A stretch of DNA of 20,000 nt, taken from an uncultured virus (IMG/VR IMGVR_UViG_3300046557_000419). Taxonomy: Duplodnaviria > Heunggongvirae > Uroviricota > Caudoviricetes. Positions 15,832-20,000 of this stretch are shown here, piece by piece; the first letter of the stretch is position 1; the number at the start of each line of letters is the position of its first letter. The stretch spans positions 52,277-72,276 of IMG/VR virus record IMGVR_UViG_3300046557_000419. The stretch is one strand, 5' to 3'. The position numbers and the translations under genes are program-made. Below the pieces are notes generated by a model. That model saw only the letters and a program-made list of their open reading frames with translations. It was not told where the DNA came from and did not search any database.

Positions 15832-15853
15832 CGGGCGGCCCGAAGACCGCCCG
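15832..15853 (-). terminator. GC-rich hairpin with cUUCGg tetraloop between terB and terC-like genes
   Basis: Minus strand CGGGCGGTC-TTCG-GGCCGCCCG, followed by only CCCCTTT. May be a weak terminator or a stabilising hairpin. Confidence 0.5.
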
Positions 15854-15867
15854 TAGTTCTCGTTCGC

Positions 15868-16305
15868 TTAGGCGGCGAGCAGTTTCTCGCTGTCGAGGCT
15901 GAGCAGCTTGCCGATGTCGGCGAGTACGACCTTCTCCTGGTCGCCGATGCCACCCTGATCCGCCGTGTCAGCAGCGATCATGAAGATGTCCTGGCGGACG
16001 GACACGTCGCGGGTCACGAGCGCCTCGATGAAGCGCTTGTTCTCCAGGCGGCCGGCGCGGGTCTTGGCGCGGCTGAGCGCGGCGGTGAGAGCCTCCTCGA
16101 TCTGCGAGGAGTTGTAGGACGCCGAGACAATCGGGTTGGCCTGCATGCCGGACAGAGCGGCATCGATCTCGTTGTCGTCGATCGAGCCATCCGCAGCGGT
16201 CACGTTGGCGGCAGCCGAAGCCACGCCATTGAGGAACGCCTTGTCGCCGGCATAGCTGGTGATGGTCTTCTGCGCGCTCGCCATGAAGTTCTTGAAAAAG
16301 CTCAT
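15868..16305 (-). CDS. TerB-family protein
   Basis: FLNGVASAAANVTAADGSIDDNE...ADQGGIGDQEKVVLADIGKLLSL, the duplicated ADG...E motifs of TerB. ATG 16305 after AAAGGAAA. Confidence 0.85.
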   Translation of the reverse strand: MSFFKNFMASAQKTITSYAGDKAFLNGVASAAANVTAADGSIDDNEIDAALSGMQANPIVSASYNSSQIEEALTAALSRAKTRAGRLENKRFIEALVTRDVSVRQDIFMIAADTADQGGIGDQEKVVLADIGKLLSLDSEKLLAA

Positions 16306-16420
16306 CTGATTTCCTTTCGATTTGCAGGCTTCCGGCCTGCACGGTTTGCATTCATGCGCCGCACAGCGCATGGGTAGTCGGCCGGACCCGTAGATCCGGC
16401 TGTCTCGTTGACTGCGACGA

Positions 16421-16545
16421 TCACATGTCGTGGATGCCGTAGTCGTTCTTGCCGCAACGCGGGCAGGTCCAGCCATACCCGCCCCAGCTGTCGTCGCCGA
16501 TCCGCTTGTGATCAAAGACGATGCAGAGCAAACGCCTGAGCCGCC

Positions 16546-16549
<4 letters not shown>
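16421..16549 (-). CDS. Small Zn-finger-like protein (42 aa; DUF1660-like)
   Basis: Not in the track: [43 protein letters not shown]-x4-H...CxxC; ATGA-coupled to the nrdJ stop. Confidence 0.65.
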
Positions 16550-19977
<3,428 letters not shown>

Positions 19978-20000
19978 TCGTCACTCGTCTTTCGGGAGGA

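Noticed and set aside
15807..15867. yybP-ykoY (Mn2+) riboswitch ahead of the terC-like gene
   Set aside because: The gap is only ~60 nt and holds a single UUCG hairpin, too small for that riboswitch.
2605..16359. TTGCA motifs as sigma54 (-24/-12) promoters or FixK/Fnr boxes
   Set aside because: The copies I checked lack TGGCAC at the required spacing, and the arms are TTGC/GCAA rather than TTGAT/ATCAA.
354..16515. Extended N-termini given by the ORF track (e.g. 354..1199, 1141..1839, 6317..7006, 6667..7317, 7466..8035, 10126..10734, 15147..15953, 15868..16515)
   Set aside because: The extensions overlap upstream genes. Internal starts with an RBS or stop-start coupling fit better and were used instead.

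Overview
This GC-rich 20-kb window comes from a large temperate alphaproteobacterial phage, probably infecting Bradyrhizobium or a relative. Almost all genes lie on the minus strand and are tightly coupled by ATGA/TGATG overlaps. In transcription order (right to left) it contains: class II B12-dependent ribonucleotide reductase (nrdJ); a TerB, TerC(YjbE) and TAXI solute-binding protein cluster with a MazG-like NTP pyrophosphatase; a ThyX/Thy1-like protein with an insertion in its signature motif; an AlpA-type excisionase; an intact attP whose 45-bp core is the 3' part of tRNA-Pro(GGG); a tyrosine integrase heading a coupled operon (Nlig-Ia-like, DUF6884-like, DUF4326-SLOG fusion); then ASCH, dCMP deaminase, MT-A70 methyltransferase, a secreted CHAP-like protein and a truncated HxD oxygenase-like gene. 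The most unusual features are three. (1) The only plus-strand cassette is two paralogous genes sharing an unrecognised ~70-aa domain, one soluble and one fused to a DUF4118/KdpD-like membrane domain. (2) A TTGC-N6-GCAA / TTGCATTCA motif recurs in many gene leaders and in attP. (3) An 11-bp inverted copy of the att core sits on the integrase RBS and start codon. All family assignments come from motifs recognised by eye, with no database search.
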